Shown here one piece after another: positions 8,542-18,560 of a stretch of 52,955 nucleotides of DNA. The DNA is from a virus (taxonomy: Duplodnaviria; Caudoviricetes): positions 1-52,955 of IMG/VR virus record IMGVR_UViG_3300050166_000081; one strand, given 5' to 3'. Made by a program: the position numbers and the translations under genes. Position 1 is the first letter of the stretch. Each line of letters opens with the position of its first letter. A model generated the notes under the pieces. That model made no database searches. It saw only the letters and a list, made by a program, of their open reading frames with translations, and was not told the origin of the DNA.

Positions 8542-9282
8542 ATGAAACTCAAAGTAATTGGCACAGGTAGTTCAGGAAATGCTTACATCCTCAGTAATGG
8601 GGATGAAGCACTTTTAATTGAAGCGGGAGTAAATATCAAAGAAATTAAACAAGCATTATATTTTGATTTTTCAAAAGTAGTTGGATGTTTAATTACTCAC
8701 GAGCACATGGATCATTGCAAATCAGCCAATGAAGTTATGAGATTAGGAGTAAATGTTTATTCTGGAGCCAAAACTCATCAATCTATTAATGGCGATGTAG
8801 TACATAGAGCTTTACCAATTTCCTCTCGCCAGACTATCAAAATAGGAAACTTCAAAGTAATGGCTTTTGATGTTAAACACGACGCTGCAGAACCTTTAGG
8901 ATTCTTGATAGAGCATAAAGACTGCGGAAAAGTTTTATTCTTAACTGACACCTACTATTGCAAGTACACTTTTCCTGGACTTAACAACATTATAATTGAA
9001 GCCAACTATTCAAAGGAAATCATTGATAAAAAGTTTGGACCAGACAGTGACAAGGAATTTTTGAGAAATCGAATATTAAAATCGCATTTCTCTTTAGCCA
9101 ACTGCAAGGACATACTTTCAGCAAATGATTTGAGCCAAGTAAACAATATTGTGCTAATCCATTTATCAGATAGTAATTCAGACGAGAAGCAATTCAAAAA
9201 AGAGATTCACGAATTAACTAATAAAAATGTAATCGTAGCTAGTAATGGCATGGATATACCGTTTTTAAAAACGCCTTTTTAA
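8542..9282 (+). CDS. MBL-fold metallo-hydrolase (putative exonuclease)
   Basis: GTGSSGN, THEHMDH, HD, TDT, HLS motifs. Confidence 0.9.
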   Translation: MKLKVIGTGSSGNAYILSNGDEALLIEAGVNIKEIKQALYFDFSKVVGCLITHEHMDHCKSANEVMRLGVNVYSGAKTHQSINGDVVHRALPISSRQTIKIGNFKVMAFDVKHDAAEPLGFLIEHKDCGKVLFLTDTYYCKYTFPGLNNIIIEANYSKEIIDKKFGPDSDKEFLRNRILKSHFSLANCKDILSANDLSQVNNIVLIHLSDSNSDEKQFKKEIHELTNKNVIVASNGMDIPFLKTPF

Positions 9283-9283
9283 A

Positions 9284-9718
9284 GTGATATACAACCCAGA
9301 AAATAGAATTGAAGTTAATAGAGCAATTGAAAAACTCAAATATTTTATTTCTGAAGGTAAAATATTCGAACTAAAAGCGAAAAGGGAAAGAAGGACAATA
9401 AGTCAGAATTCATATTTACACCTCTTATTCTCTTGGTTTGCTTTAGAAACTGGATATACCACCGATGAAGTAAAACAAGAGATTTTTAAAAAAATAGTCA
9501 ATCCAAATACTTTTTACGAAGGCGAGTTCGGAAGATTTATAAAGATTGAAAGATGGCGTAGCACCGCTAGTTTAAACACAGAAGAAATGAGTTTATGTAT
9601 CAATCGATTTAGAGATTACGCTTCCAAAGAAGCTGGTATCTATCTTCCAGAGCCAACGGATTTAGTAATGATCCGACAATTAGAAATAGAAGTAACCAAT
9701 AATCAACAATATCTATGA
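9284..9718 (+). CDS. NinB/Orf-like recombination-associated protein
   Basis: RTISQNSYLH...RSTASLNTEEM...GIYLPEP motifs. Confidence 0.7.
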   Translation: MIYNPENRIEVNRAIEKLKYFISEGKIFELKAKRERRTISQNSYLHLLFSWFALETGYTTDEVKQEIFKKIVNPNTFYEGEFGRFIKIERWRSTASLNTEEMSLCINRFRDYASKEAGIYLPEPTDLVMIRQLEIEVTNNQQYL

Positions 9719-10002
9719 ATCAGCAAATATTAGATTTTGAAAATCTTTCACATCGTGAAAATAACATTGGAAGTCAAGAGCATTTTGAAGCCAATAAATC
9801 GAAGTTCTCAAGACAATGCAAAATAGTCTATGCGGCTCTTTTAAGGGGGGAGAAATTGACCACAACAAGAGCGCTTTTAGAATATGGAATTGGCGATTTG
9901 CGTCGAAGAATTAAAGACCTAAAAGATATTTGGAAAGTTCCTGTTCAGGACAAATATGTGGAAGGCAAATTCAAAGAGTATTTTTTAAACCTTAATAATT
10001 AA
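9715..10002 (+). CDS. Winged-HTH protein
   Basis: LLRGEKLTTTRALLEYGIGDLRRRIKDL pattern. Confidence 0.7.
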   Translation: MNQQILDFENLSHRENNIGSQEHFEANKSKFSRQCKIVYAALLRGEKLTTTRALLEYGIGDLRRRIKDLKDIWKVPVQDKYVEGKFKEYFLNLNN

Positions 10003-10006
10003 CACC

Positions 10007-10600
10007 ATGGCAGAAGAAAAAGTAATTAAAATCGATTCGAAAGTAATTGAAAATTTAGTAGATCGATTTGAAGAAGAAAAGGATGTAGAAATAAAAAGCG
10101 CTTCTTTAAAAGATGCGGTTTGTAATTATTCCTATGAATTATTAACTGGGAGGACTGTTGGAGATATATTGAATAGAAGGGGAAACCATATTATTCATGA
10201 TGACCTTCAAGAAGCTTTCAAAAAATTTAATGTGTTTTTAGCTCATTTAGATGATGCTTACACTGGGAATGATAATTCTACAAAATTATCATTTTTAGAA
10301 TCCGAGAGCGAAACAGAATTATATACTGTTTCATCATTTAAAATTACTGGTGTTGAAGAGAATAAGGCAATAATTCTTTCGGGTAACAAGTATGTTACTT
10401 CAGGAGTAATTGCTTTTGATGCACCAAAAGTTAAATTAAACGGATCCTACATTTACCTATCAGAGTTATTGGAAGTTTTAGCCAATGTAATTGAAGAGGT
10501 TGAAAAATACATGGATGGAAAAACAGCTCCTCAATATGAGCAGACCTACATGGATTTTGCAAGTGAAGACGGAGCATTTGAACAAGGTAAAGTTATTTAA
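10007..10600 (+). CDS. Acidic hypothetical phage protein
   Basis: 197-aa in-operon ORF. Confidence 0.7.
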   Translation: MAEEKVIKIDSKVIENLVDRFEEEKDVEIKSASLKDAVCNYSYELLTGRTVGDILNRRGNHIIHDDLQEAFKKFNVFLAHLDDAYTGNDNSTKLSFLESESETELYTVSSFKITGVEENKAIILSGNKYVTSGVIAFDAPKVKLNGSYIYLSELLEVLANVIEEVEKYMDGKTAPQYEQTYMDFASEDGAFEQGKVI

Positions 10601-10602
10601 AT

Positions 10603-11763
10603 ATGGCTTTTCAATTACGACCATATCAAAGTGAATCAATCAATAAAAGTGTTGATTTTCTTTCTAGAAACTCTTCTAAAAAAAGTGGATTAGTAATCCT
10701 TCCTACGGGTTCTGGTAAATCAGTCGTTATTGCTAAAATTATTGAACCGCTGGAGGGCAAAACAATTGTTCTCCAGCCTTCAAAAGAAATTTTAGAACAG
10801 AATTTTGAGAAATTTTCTAATTATGGGAAAGCTTCGATTTATAGTGCTTCAGCTGGAGAGAAAAGAATTGACAAAGTAACATTTTGCACCATTGGCAGTA
10901 TAATTAATAAAAAGCATTTATTTAAAGGATTACAAAATATTCTTATAGATGAATGCCATTTAGTTAATTCAGATGCTGGGATGTATCAGGAATTTATCAA
11001 AGCATTTCCAGAGGCTAAGGTTTTAGGTTTAACCGCAACTCCATATCGATTAGAACAAACTTCTGAAGGTCCTCAATTAACATTTTTAACTAGGAGTAAT
11101 CCTAGAATTTTTGATAATGTTTTATACTACGTACAAAATGATTTGTTGTTTAATTCAGGTTTTTTGGCTGAGTTAGAGTATTACAATTTTGATGTAATTG
11201 ACAGATCAAAATTAGAAGTAAATAGTTCTGGAACTGATTTTACACAAAATTCATTAAGGAGATATTATAAGTCAATTGATATGCCTTCTCGAATAGCAAA
11301 AACTGCTTTTTCTATTTTAAGTAAAAGAAAAAATGTACTTATTTTTTGTTCTCTAATCGAAGAAGCAATTTTAGTACAAAAGCGAATACCCGATTCTGCT
11401 ATATTAACTGGAGAAACAAGAAAAGAAGAACGAGAAAAGATTTTAAGCCAATTTAAAAAAGGCACTATACGTTGTTTGATAAACGTTGGTGTTCTTACTA
11501 CAGGATTTGATTATCCTGCCTTAGAATCGGTATTAATGGCTCGTTCAACTATGTCTTTGTCTTTATACTATCAAATAGTTGGTAGAGTAATGCGGATTTA
11601 TACTTATCCAGATGGAACAAAGAAAAAAGGCTGGTTTATTGATATGGGAGGTAACATCAATTTTTTTGGAAAAATTGAAACCATGAAAATAGTTGAAAAT
11701 GAAAATGGATTTTCAATATGGAATAATGGAAGACAATTAACCAATACACCATTTAAAAAATAA
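10603..11763 (+). CDS. SF2 DExH helicase
   Basis: LRPYQ, PTGSGKS, DECH, TAT, TGFDYP, QIVGRVMR. Confidence 0.95.
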   Translation: MAFQLRPYQSESINKSVDFLSRNSSKKSGLVILPTGSGKSVVIAKIIEPLEGKTIVLQPSKEILEQNFEKFSNYGKASIYSASAGEKRIDKVTFCTIGSIINKKHLFKGLQNILIDECHLVNSDAGMYQEFIKAFPEAKVLGLTATPYRLEQTSEGPQLTFLTRSNPRIFDNVLYYVQNDLLFNSGFLAELEYYNFDVIDRSKLEVNSSGTDFTQNSLRRYYKSIDMPSRIAKTAFSILSKRKNVLIFCSLIEEAILVQKRIPDSAILTGETRKEEREKILSQFKKGTIRCLINVGVLTTGFDYPALESVLMARSTMSLSLYYQIVGRVMRIYTYPDGTKKKGWFIDMGGNINFFGKIETMKIVENENGFSIWNNGRQLTNTPFKK

Positions 11764-11765
11764 TT

Positions 11766-12566
11766 ATGGCAAGAGAGCAAAGAAAAGATGTTGATTATTT
11801 TCCTCATGACTGTACGCATGGACGTAAAATGCATATCATAGAAACAAGATATGGTAATGATGGATACGCAGCATGGTTTAAGTTATTAGAACAGCTAGGA
11901 AAGGCTAATAATCATTATATAGACATATCAGATGATATGACCCTAATGTTTTTAACATCAGTTTTCAAAACAGATGAAGAAAAGACTATTTCAATTTTAT
12001 CAGATTTAGCAAAATTAGGAGCAATTGATAAGTTTCTTTTTGAGGAGCATAAGATAATTTTTAGTCAAAAATTTGCTGATAGTATTCAAGATGCATATCG
12101 AAAAAGGAAAAGTGAAATGTTTCAATACTCCGACATATTGAATGAAATAAATCAAAAAAACGGTCAATCAGGCGGAAGTTTGACTGAAATACATGTCAAT
12201 CAGGCGGAAGTTATCCTTAAAGAAAAGAATAGTAAAGTAAAGGAAAGTAAAGAAGAGGAAAGAATAGAAAATTATAATGCCAGAAAATTAAAATTTTCTT
12301 CCTCCCTAGAGCCATTTTTAAAAATTTACGGAAAAGATTTTTTAAATGATTTTTATAAGTATTGGACCGAGCCAAATAAATCTGGAACAAAATTTAGACA
12401 AGAACTTGAAAGAACATGGGACTTAGAACGTCGATTAGATACTTGGGCTAGAAATGATAAAAATTTCAAAAAAGATACAAATGGAAAACCAATTACAGCA
12501 AATACAAAGCAGTCCTACGAATTTAGCGTTGACAGGGTTATCGAGACCTACTCTGGCGATACTTAA
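11766..12566 (+). CDS. Phage replication initiator (DUF4373/Lin1244-like N-terminus)
   Basis: VDYFPHD...YGNDGYA.WFKLLE N-terminus; internal iterons plus purine-rich tract; FY.YW...W C-terminal domain. Confidence 0.8.
   Translation: MAREQRKDVDYFPHDCTHGRKMHIIETRYGNDGYAAWFKLLEQLGKANNHYIDISDDMTLMFLTSVFKTDEEKTISILSDLAKLGAIDKFLFEEHKIIFSQKFADSIQDAYRKRKSEMFQYSDILNEINQKNGQSGGSLTEIHVNQAEVILKEKNSKVKESKEEERIENYNARKLKFSSSLEPFLKIYGKDFLNDFYKYWTEPNKSGTKFRQELERTWDLERRLDTWARNDKNFKKDTNGKPITANTKQSYEFSVDRVIETYSGDT
12163..12270. repeat. Probable replication origin: 18-bp direct repeat plus purine-rich tract
   Basis: GTCAATCAGGCGGAAGTT at 12163-12180 and 12195-12212, followed by an A/G-rich run at 12221-12270. 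Confidence 0.65.
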
Positions 12567-13299
12567 CGAGGATTATCCAAAGGTTAAAAGCATTGAATCA
12601 AAGCAGGAAATTAACGGATTAATAAATTATTTAATTACAATTCTAAACATAAAAGTTTCAAGTGAAGAAGAAAAATTGCAATTAGATAAGCAAATGATTT
12701 TAATTTTTGATTTGATAAAAACAAAGTTTGGAAGCTTAACCGTTCCTGAAATAAAGGAGGCTTTTAAAATGTTTGTATCTGGTGAGTTTCCAGAATTAAA
12801 AGTATTCCGAATGCTTGACTGTATTGTGGTTTCAGATGTTTTGAATGCATTTAAGGATTATAGAAGCGACATTCTTCGGGGATATGATCAAAAGAAAAAA
12901 TTATTACTTGAACAACCAAAACCAAAAATAGAAGAGGAAATCAAACAAACACAAGAGGTTTTAATTAAAATGGTTTTCGATGATTTAAATACAAGTGGTT
13001 TCAGTTCTGATGCTTGGTTGCTTTATGATAAATTAGATAGCAATGGATTTATTACAATTTCAAATCAAGAAAAGAAAGAACTCTATGCACAGCAGGCTAA
13101 AATTTATTTAGTTGAAGTTATTCAAGAATCTGAACAGAGATACTTTAAATCGGCAAAATTCGTAATTGAAGATGCTCGAAATAAAATTTCAAAAGGTAAG
13201 ATCATTCAATCAGTTGCTAATAAATGCAAAAGCATTGTAGTATGTAATTTTTTAAAAAATTACTTAACGGACTTTGAAGAGTTCAGAAATAAATTGTAG
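12481..13299 (+). CDS. Hypothetical replication-associated protein (position of a helicase loader)
   Basis: Overlaps the initiator 3' end; LTVPEIKEAFKM..GE motif; ATG 12481 preferred. Confidence 0.6.
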   Translation: MENQLQQIQSSPTNLALTGLSRPTLAILNEDYPKVKSIESKQEINGLINYLITILNIKVSSEEEKLQLDKQMILIFDLIKTKFGSLTVPEIKEAFKMFVSGEFPELKVFRMLDCIVVSDVLNAFKDYRSDILRGYDQKKKLLLEQPKPKIEEEIKQTQEVLIKMVFDDLNTSGFSSDAWLLYDKLDSNGFITISNQEKKELYAQQAKIYLVEVIQESEQRYFKSAKFVIEDARNKISKGKIIQSVANKCKSIVVCNFLKNYLTDFEEFRNKL

Positions 13300-13300
13300 G

Positions 13301-13459
13301 ATGAACGCTATTTCCCAACGAAACAAAATAGAAAAGCAATTACATGACTATGTAAAATTCATGCCTGAATGCCCTCAAAATAGTGTTGTAAAGCTTTCAA
13401 AAGAAATAGTAAAACTTGGACAACGACTAGAAGAAATCAAGAAAATGGACTTGAAATAA
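13301..13459 (+). CDS. Small hypothetical protein
   Basis: ATG immediately after the upstream stop codon. Confidence 0.45.
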   Translation: MNAISQRNKIEKQLHDYVKFMPECPQNSVVKLSKEIVKLGQRLEEIKKMDLK

Positions 13460-13527
13460 CTCAATGCAGAGGTTGTTTTTCATTTTGAAACAAAACAATC
13501 TCAAATGAATAAAATCAATTTTTAATC

Positions 13528-14247
13528 ATGATCGAAATAAAACCAAAACCATGCAACGGAACAGGATTAGCTAAAGGATACGGTTGTGGACATAAAACAA
13601 TACACCGGATTTACGGCTTAGGAAAAATGTGTGGCTGCTATTCTAACTGGCTTTTAAGTTCTGAAGCAGGAAAATTAAAGCTTAAAAAAGCCGCTGCAAT
13701 AGGAAGAAAAAAAGTAGAGCGTGATAATTCTAAAAAAAGCTCCGAAGAAAAAAAGCGAATAAAGCTTGAATTAATGTCTCCAGATAAATACCGATCAGAA
13801 GTAGTTCAGCCAATTATCAACGAAATATCAAGAATTATTGATTTTGGAAACCCATGTATTGCTACTGGGAATTACGGAAAAATGAATGGTGGGCATTATA
13901 TCAGCGTTGGGGCAAATAGAACCACTGCTTTAAACTTACACAACATTCACATCCAATCCTTCGAAAGTAATCATTTCAAAAGCGGAGATCCTATTCGATA
14001 CAAGCAAGGCCTTATCGATAGATACGGATTAGGTTATTTTGAATTTGTTGAGTTTCTACAAAGACACAAACCGCTGCATTTGTCTAAAGGTGATTTAATT
14101 GAAATTGCATTAAAAGCATCTTCAATTCGTTTGAAATTAAAACGCGAAGAGTGCCAAAAAACACCTCATGAAAGAATTGAGTTAAGAAACGAAATTAACT
14201 TACAATTAGGTATATACGATTTAGAATTTTGCGAATATAAATTTTAA
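13528..14247 (+). CDS. ninG: NinG/Rap-like endonuclease
   Basis: IDFGNPCIATG...GGHYISVGAN...LHNIHIQ...N.FKSGD...Y.QGLI.RYG. Confidence 0.85.
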   Translation: MIEIKPKPCNGTGLAKGYGCGHKTIHRIYGLGKMCGCYSNWLLSSEAGKLKLKKAAAIGRKKVERDNSKKSSEEKKRIKLELMSPDKYRSEVVQPIINEISRIIDFGNPCIATGNYGKMNGGHYISVGANRTTALNLHNIHIQSFESNHFKSGDPIRYKQGLIDRYGLGYFEFVEFLQRHKPLHLSKGDLIEIALKASSIRLKLKREECQKTPHERIELRNEINLQLGIYDLEFCEYKF

Positions 14248-14327
14248 ATAAACTTCAAAAATTACTTTCACAGTAAAAATTGTCAACCCAATATTGCTTA
14301 ACGTTTAACACCTAAAAAAGCAATATT

Positions 14328-14537
14328 ATGGCTACACTACTTTTCACCCCAAGAACTACAATTGACGCAAACGTTTTTCAATTTAGGTTAGATAATTCTT
14401 GTTATCATGCCCAATGGAATATACAAACCGGTGCTTATGAATTTCAAGAAGAAGAGGAAAATATAGATCAATTAGAAGAATTAATAACCAATTCATTAGC
14501 CTACGATATTAACGGGTATTTTGAATTAGAAAACTAA
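14328..14537 (+). CDS. Small acidic hypothetical protein
   Basis: 69 aa, E/D-rich C-terminal half. Confidence 0.6.
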   Translation: MATLLFTPRTTIDANVFQFRLDNSCYHAQWNIQTGAYEFQEEEENIDQLEELITNSLAYDINGYFELEN

Positions 14538-14542
14538 ATTTT

Positions 14543-14950
14543 ATGAAATCAACAGAAGCTTTTAAAAAAGTAATTCAAAACCATTTGAACGAAACTGCTG
14601 CAAATGATCCATTGTTTGCCGATACACTTAAAAAAGAAAATAAAAATATTGATGAATGTATTAACTACATTCTTGAAACAGTTCAAAAATCGGGCTGCAA
14701 TGGTTTTGCAGATGAAGAAATCTTTGGAATGGCAAAACACTACTACGATGAGGATGATTTAAAATCCAGCAAAAAAATTAACGCAAATGTGGTTGTTAAT
14801 CATGTGGTAGAACTTTCAGAAGATGATATTGCAAAAGCTAAACAGGACGCAAAGGATAAAATAATCAGTCAAGAAATGGAGCGAATGAAGAAAAAATCAG
14901 CTCCAAAAAAAGACGAATCAAAAGAAAGTGTACAACCAACTTTATTTTAG
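14543..14950 (+). CDS. pcfK: PcfK-like protein (family containing AcrIIA9)
   Basis: FKKVIQNHL...DPLFA...KENKNIDECINYI...SGCNGF.DEEIFGMA.HYYDED...VVVNH.VEL. Confidence 0.88.
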   Translation: MKSTEAFKKVIQNHLNETAANDPLFADTLKKENKNIDECINYILETVQKSGCNGFADEEIFGMAKHYYDEDDLKSSKKINANVVVNHVVELSEDDIAKAKQDAKDKIISQEMERMKKKSAPKKDESKESVQPTLF

Positions 14951-14952
14951 CT

Positions 14953-16275
14953 ATGAAGCCAAAAACAATACTTCAGAAAAGAGTTGTCGAAATAAGCCAA
15001 TGCCTTCCTAAAATATTGGACCATCAAAAGCAATGGGCTTACAAAGAATGTTTAGAACATCGAGGTTATATGACCAAAAGCAGAGTGCTTTGTCTTGATT
15101 GTGGGGAAACCTTCTCCCCAAATTTAGTGAGTAGAAAAAGGGCAACTTGTCCGCATTGTAAAACAAAGCTTCAAATCAAAGAATCGCGTTGTACTACCGA
15201 TACTCAAAAAAACTATTTTGCAATTTGTGATACTCTTTACGAATTCCAAATAGTTAGAAACTTTGAACTCATTGCCCACTACAAAAAAGGTCAACCAGTT
15301 AAGTACTTACTCCATGAAATTTTGCAGTACTGGATTCAGCCTAATTTAAAAGTTACCATGTTTGGCCTACAACATAACACACAAGCTTTTTGTGATTCTT
15401 GGGGAGGTAATATGGAGATTAGAGTTGAAAATACAAGAAGGTGGAGAGATAAATACGATGTGTATGCTAGAAAGTATCACCCTGATTCAGAAATTAAACC
15501 TGAATATAAAAAATTCGGTATTGACTGCAATTTAAGAGGATTGACTTTTCTTGAAGCGGTGAAACTGGTTCCGCACAATTCAAAGTTGGAAACTCTACTC
15601 AAAGCAAAGCAATACAACTTGCTTAGAATGGGTAATTCATATAGGGTAAATATTTATTGGAACACATTTAAAATTTGTATTAGGAACAACTACAAGCCAA
15701 ATGACTATACAATTTATATTGACTATTTAGACCTATTGCAATACTTCAAAAAGGACTTACTGAACGCTAAATTAGTATGCCCAAAAAACCTAAAATTAGA
15801 GCATGATCGGCTAATGAAAAAGAAACGTGAAATATTAGCACGTGAAGAAAGACAGCGCCAACGTCAGGAAATAATCAAGCGCCAGCAAAATCTTGAAAAA
15901 GCAATTAAGGAATATGTGGAGCGAAACAAAAAGTTTTTTGGTTTAGAAATTAAAGATAAAAACATTTCAATTTCAGTTCTAAAAAGTGTTGAAGAATTTA
16001 AAGAAGAGGGCGACGAGCTTAATCATTGTGTTTATACAAATGAGTACTATTTAAAGGAAAAATCGTTGATACTATCCGCAAAAGTAGATGGAAAAAGAAC
16101 AGAGACAATTGAGTTGATTCTCCCAACTTTAAAGATAGAACAATCTAGGGGTTTGAATAACAACCTAACGCAACATCACCAAAAAATAATTCAATTGGTA
16201 ACTAAAAACCTTACCAAGATCAAGAAATTAGAATGCCCAACGCACAGAAGTCGAAAAATAAAACAAGTATCCTAA
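14953..16275 (+). CDS. pcfJ: PcfJ-like protein
   Basis: CxxC/CPHC zinc finger, DYLDLL...PKNLK.EHD, EG..L.HCV motifs; follows PcfK. Confidence 0.88.
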   Translation: MKPKTILQKRVVEISQCLPKILDHQKQWAYKECLEHRGYMTKSRVLCLDCGETFSPNLVSRKRATCPHCKTKLQIKESRCTTDTQKNYFAICDTLYEFQIVRNFELIAHYKKGQPVKYLLHEILQYWIQPNLKVTMFGLQHNTQAFCDSWGGNMEIRVENTRRWRDKYDVYARKYHPDSEIKPEYKKFGIDCNLRGLTFLEAVKLVPHNSKLETLLKAKQYNLLRMGNSYRVNIYWNTFKICIRNNYKPNDYTIYIDYLDLLQYFKKDLLNAKLVCPKNLKLEHDRLMKKKREILAREERQRQRQEIIKRQQNLEKAIKEYVERNKKFFGLEIKDKNISISVLKSVEEFKEEGDELNHCVYTNEYYLKEKSLILSAKVDGKRTETIELILPTLKIEQSRGLNNNLTQHHQKIIQLVTKNLTKIKKLECPTHRSRKIKQVS

Positions 16276-16276
16276 A

Positions 16277-16636
16277 ATGCAGCTATCACAAAAACACCAA
16301 ACCGGTTATAATCTAATTGAACTTAGAATATTAATGCAACGCGCAATTGAAATTCTGGACGATTTAGATTTAAGTAAAAATCCAATGGCAAACAAACCAT
16401 TGAAAACACAGCTCAAAGGTATTTATGCTCCATTAGATAAGCAGACAAAACAGTACAACGAAATCTTTGAAGCTTCTCCAGAAGGCACCATGCACTTTTA
16501 CAATGTGGTTAAAAACAATGCCGAGTTTGTGATGAAAAACCACTTATTAAACAAAGCTTTGATTTGTAGTTTTTTAATGGCTCACGAACGCAATCCAAAG
16601 GCTATGGAGGGAATTATTGAAAAGATATTGAAGTAA
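16277..16636 (+). CDS. Hypothetical protein
   Basis: In-operon ORF. Confidence 0.65.
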   Translation: MQLSQKHQTGYNLIELRILMQRAIEILDDLDLSKNPMANKPLKTQLKGIYAPLDKQTKQYNEIFEASPEGTMHFYNVVKNNAEFVMKNHLLNKALICSFLMAHERNPKAMEGIIEKILK

Positions 16637-16863
16637 TGATCTCTCACATTCAAAACTGCTACTTCATAAGCAGAGAAAGTAATATAATTTATGCTAATCT
16701 GGTTGACGGAGAGAAAGTACCATTAATCAGGTTAAAGCAAAAATTCATAGATATTACGATACTTGGTGGTCAATCTTTTGACTACATGAATAGGTATTTA
16801 GAAATGTTCCCTAACCTATGGGAGCCAGTTCAGGAAGAACAAAAACAATTATCACTTTTTTAA
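16636..16863 (+). CDS. Hypothetical protein with C-terminal QLSLF motif
   Basis: TAATG coupling; ends in the sliding-clamp-binding consensus. Confidence 0.65.
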   Translation: MISHIQNCYFISRESNIIYANLVDGEKVPLIRLKQKFIDITILGGQSFDYMNRYLEMFPNLWEPVQEEQKQLSLF

Positions 16864-16875
16864 AACGAGAAAAAC

Positions 16876-17079
16876 ATGGGACTAAAATTAAAACCTAAGA
16901 AGCCACGCTGTTATAACTGCAAATATGCAGGAAAACAATTTAAAGTAGGAAGTTTTACTTACTTACACTGTGAAGATGAAAAACAATATCCAAAAGAAAA
17001 ATGGGAAAATGGCGAGTTGACCGCTTGGGATTCACTACAAAAATTTAGTGATAGTTGTAAGTTTCACGAGTTCAAATAG
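16876..17079 (+). CDS. Small Cys/His-rich protein
   Basis: CYNC...HC...C..H. Confidence 0.6.
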   Translation: MGLKLKPKKPRCYNCKYAGKQFKVGSFTYLHCEDEKQYPKEKWENGELTAWDSLQKFSDSCKFHEFK

Positions 17080-17103
17080 AAATAACCAAAAAAAATAGAA
17101 ACC

Positions 17104-17577
17104 ATGAACAGAGAAATAAAATTTAGAGGATTAAGCCTAATAAATAACACATGGGTATTTGGATTTTATAATAAATCTAGACTGTCTTGTCAATTTGAAA
17201 AAATCACTTCGTCTGATAAAATATTATCTGGAGACGATAACTTATTTGTATTTCCTGATACTGTTGGTCAATTCACAGGCCTAAAAGACAAAAATGGAGT
17301 TGAAATTTATGAAGGAGATATTGTTGAGTTCGTTGGCGGAACTTGTGATTTTCTTACAGATAATTATTCAAGACACAGCATAGGAAAAGTATTAGCTGTA
17401 AAATTATTAAAAAGCGGTTTTACTTTAATTCCTACTCCTGCCAATTATAAATCAGAAACTCCAAATACTTGTGGCTTTATCGGAAATTATCAATTATGGA
17501 ATAATGCCAGAAGTTTAAATATCATCGGCAATATCTATCAAAACCAAGAACTTTTAAATAATAACCAAATCAAATAG
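17104..17577 (+). CDS. YopX-family protein
   Basis: REIKFRG...VGQFTGLKDKNGVEIYEGDIV...IIGNIYQN.ELL. Confidence 0.93.
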   Translation: MNREIKFRGLSLINNTWVFGFYNKSRLSCQFEKITSSDKILSGDDNLFVFPDTVGQFTGLKDKNGVEIYEGDIVEFVGGTCDFLTDNYSRHSIGKVLAVKLLKSGFTLIPTPANYKSETPNTCGFIGNYQLWNNARSLNIIGNIYQNQELLNNNQIK

Positions 17578-17581
17578 ACAC

Positions 17582-17998
17582 ATGAAAGCAATAGTAAAAA
17601 TTGAAAAAGAAGTTGAATTAAAAACCTTAGTCGTAAAAGCAGGAGTTAGATATTACGAAGATGCAACCGTTAATGGTGTTGAAGACACAGAAGGTAATTT
17701 AATACCTTGTAAACAAGGCGAATTGTGGTGCCCAATTATTGACCTTGATAGCGGGATAATTACCAATTGGAAAGAAGGTGTAAAAGCTAAAGTACACTAT
17801 AAAGTTTGCGATGCAGGAAGCTATTATTTGCAAGACGAAGAAGGAAATACTGTTTTATCTATTGAAGAAAATTATGTTCCAGACATTATGTGTCCGGGAG
17901 GTCGAGGTTATGGAGATTACATAATTATGGATATTGACGAAAATGGGCAAATTGCTAACTGGAAAATAACCCTTGATGGATTTATTGATGAAGATTAA
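17582..17998 (+). CDS. Acidic hypothetical phage protein
   Basis: WCPIIDLDSG.I.NW, HYKVCDAG.Y, GYGDYIIM.ID.NG.I.NW. Confidence 0.75.
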   Translation: MKAIVKIEKEVELKTLVVKAGVRYYEDATVNGVEDTEGNLIPCKQGELWCPIIDLDSGIITNWKEGVKAKVHYKVCDAGSYYLQDEEGNTVLSIEENYVPDIMCPGGRGYGDYIIMDIDENGQIANWKITLDGFIDED

Positions 17999-18025
17999 AA
18001 ACAATTTTAAATTAAACTCAAACCC

Positions 18026-18229
18026 ATGAAACAAATACTAGACCTTTTAAAAGAAATCGACGATGCCAATCCAGAAAACAAACTTTGCAGCATTAAATTC
18101 TATCAGGATGAAAGCGGAGTTATTTATAACGAAGAAACAGAAATAGCTGGATTCGATACTTGCGAAGAAGCTGTTGCCCAATTAACGGATATTCTAAACA
18201 TTCATCTTAAATCAAAAGCTAGTGCGTAA
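18026..18229 (+). CDS. Small acidic hypothetical protein
   Basis: In-operon ORF. Confidence 0.6.
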   Translation: MKQILDLLKEIDDANPENKLCSIKFYQDESGVIYNEETEIAGFDTCEEAVAQLTDILNIHLKSKASA

Positions 18230-18557
18230 AGAGACAATTGAAATTCCTATTTACGAGTGTAAGTTAACTATGATACTGGATGACGACTTCTCTTATATTC
18301 AGAAAGAATATAAAATAGAAAAAGACTTATCTAATTACGGCGCTGTAACTCTAGATAAAGAAGCTGGATTTAGAAATTATGTCGTGTCTTTTACTGACAA
18401 AAATCACTTAAGCAATATAGCACACGAAATAGTTCATATAAAGAACGCGATATATTTAGATTGTGCTATGAAGCTAGATAGGGAAAAAGATGAACACGAA
18501 GCTTACCTAACTGGTTGGCTATTTAACGAAATTGATAAATTTTTAAAAAAGAATTAA
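18222..18557 (+). CDS. HExxH zincin-like small protein
   Basis: IAHEIVH followed by DEHEAYL. Confidence 0.7.
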   Translation: MRKETIEIPIYECKLTMILDDDFSYIQKEYKIEKDLSNYGAVTLDKEAGFRNYVVSFTDKNHLSNIAHEIVHIKNAIYLDCAMKLDREKDEHEAYLTGWLFNEIDKFLKKN

Positions 18558-18560
18558 ACT

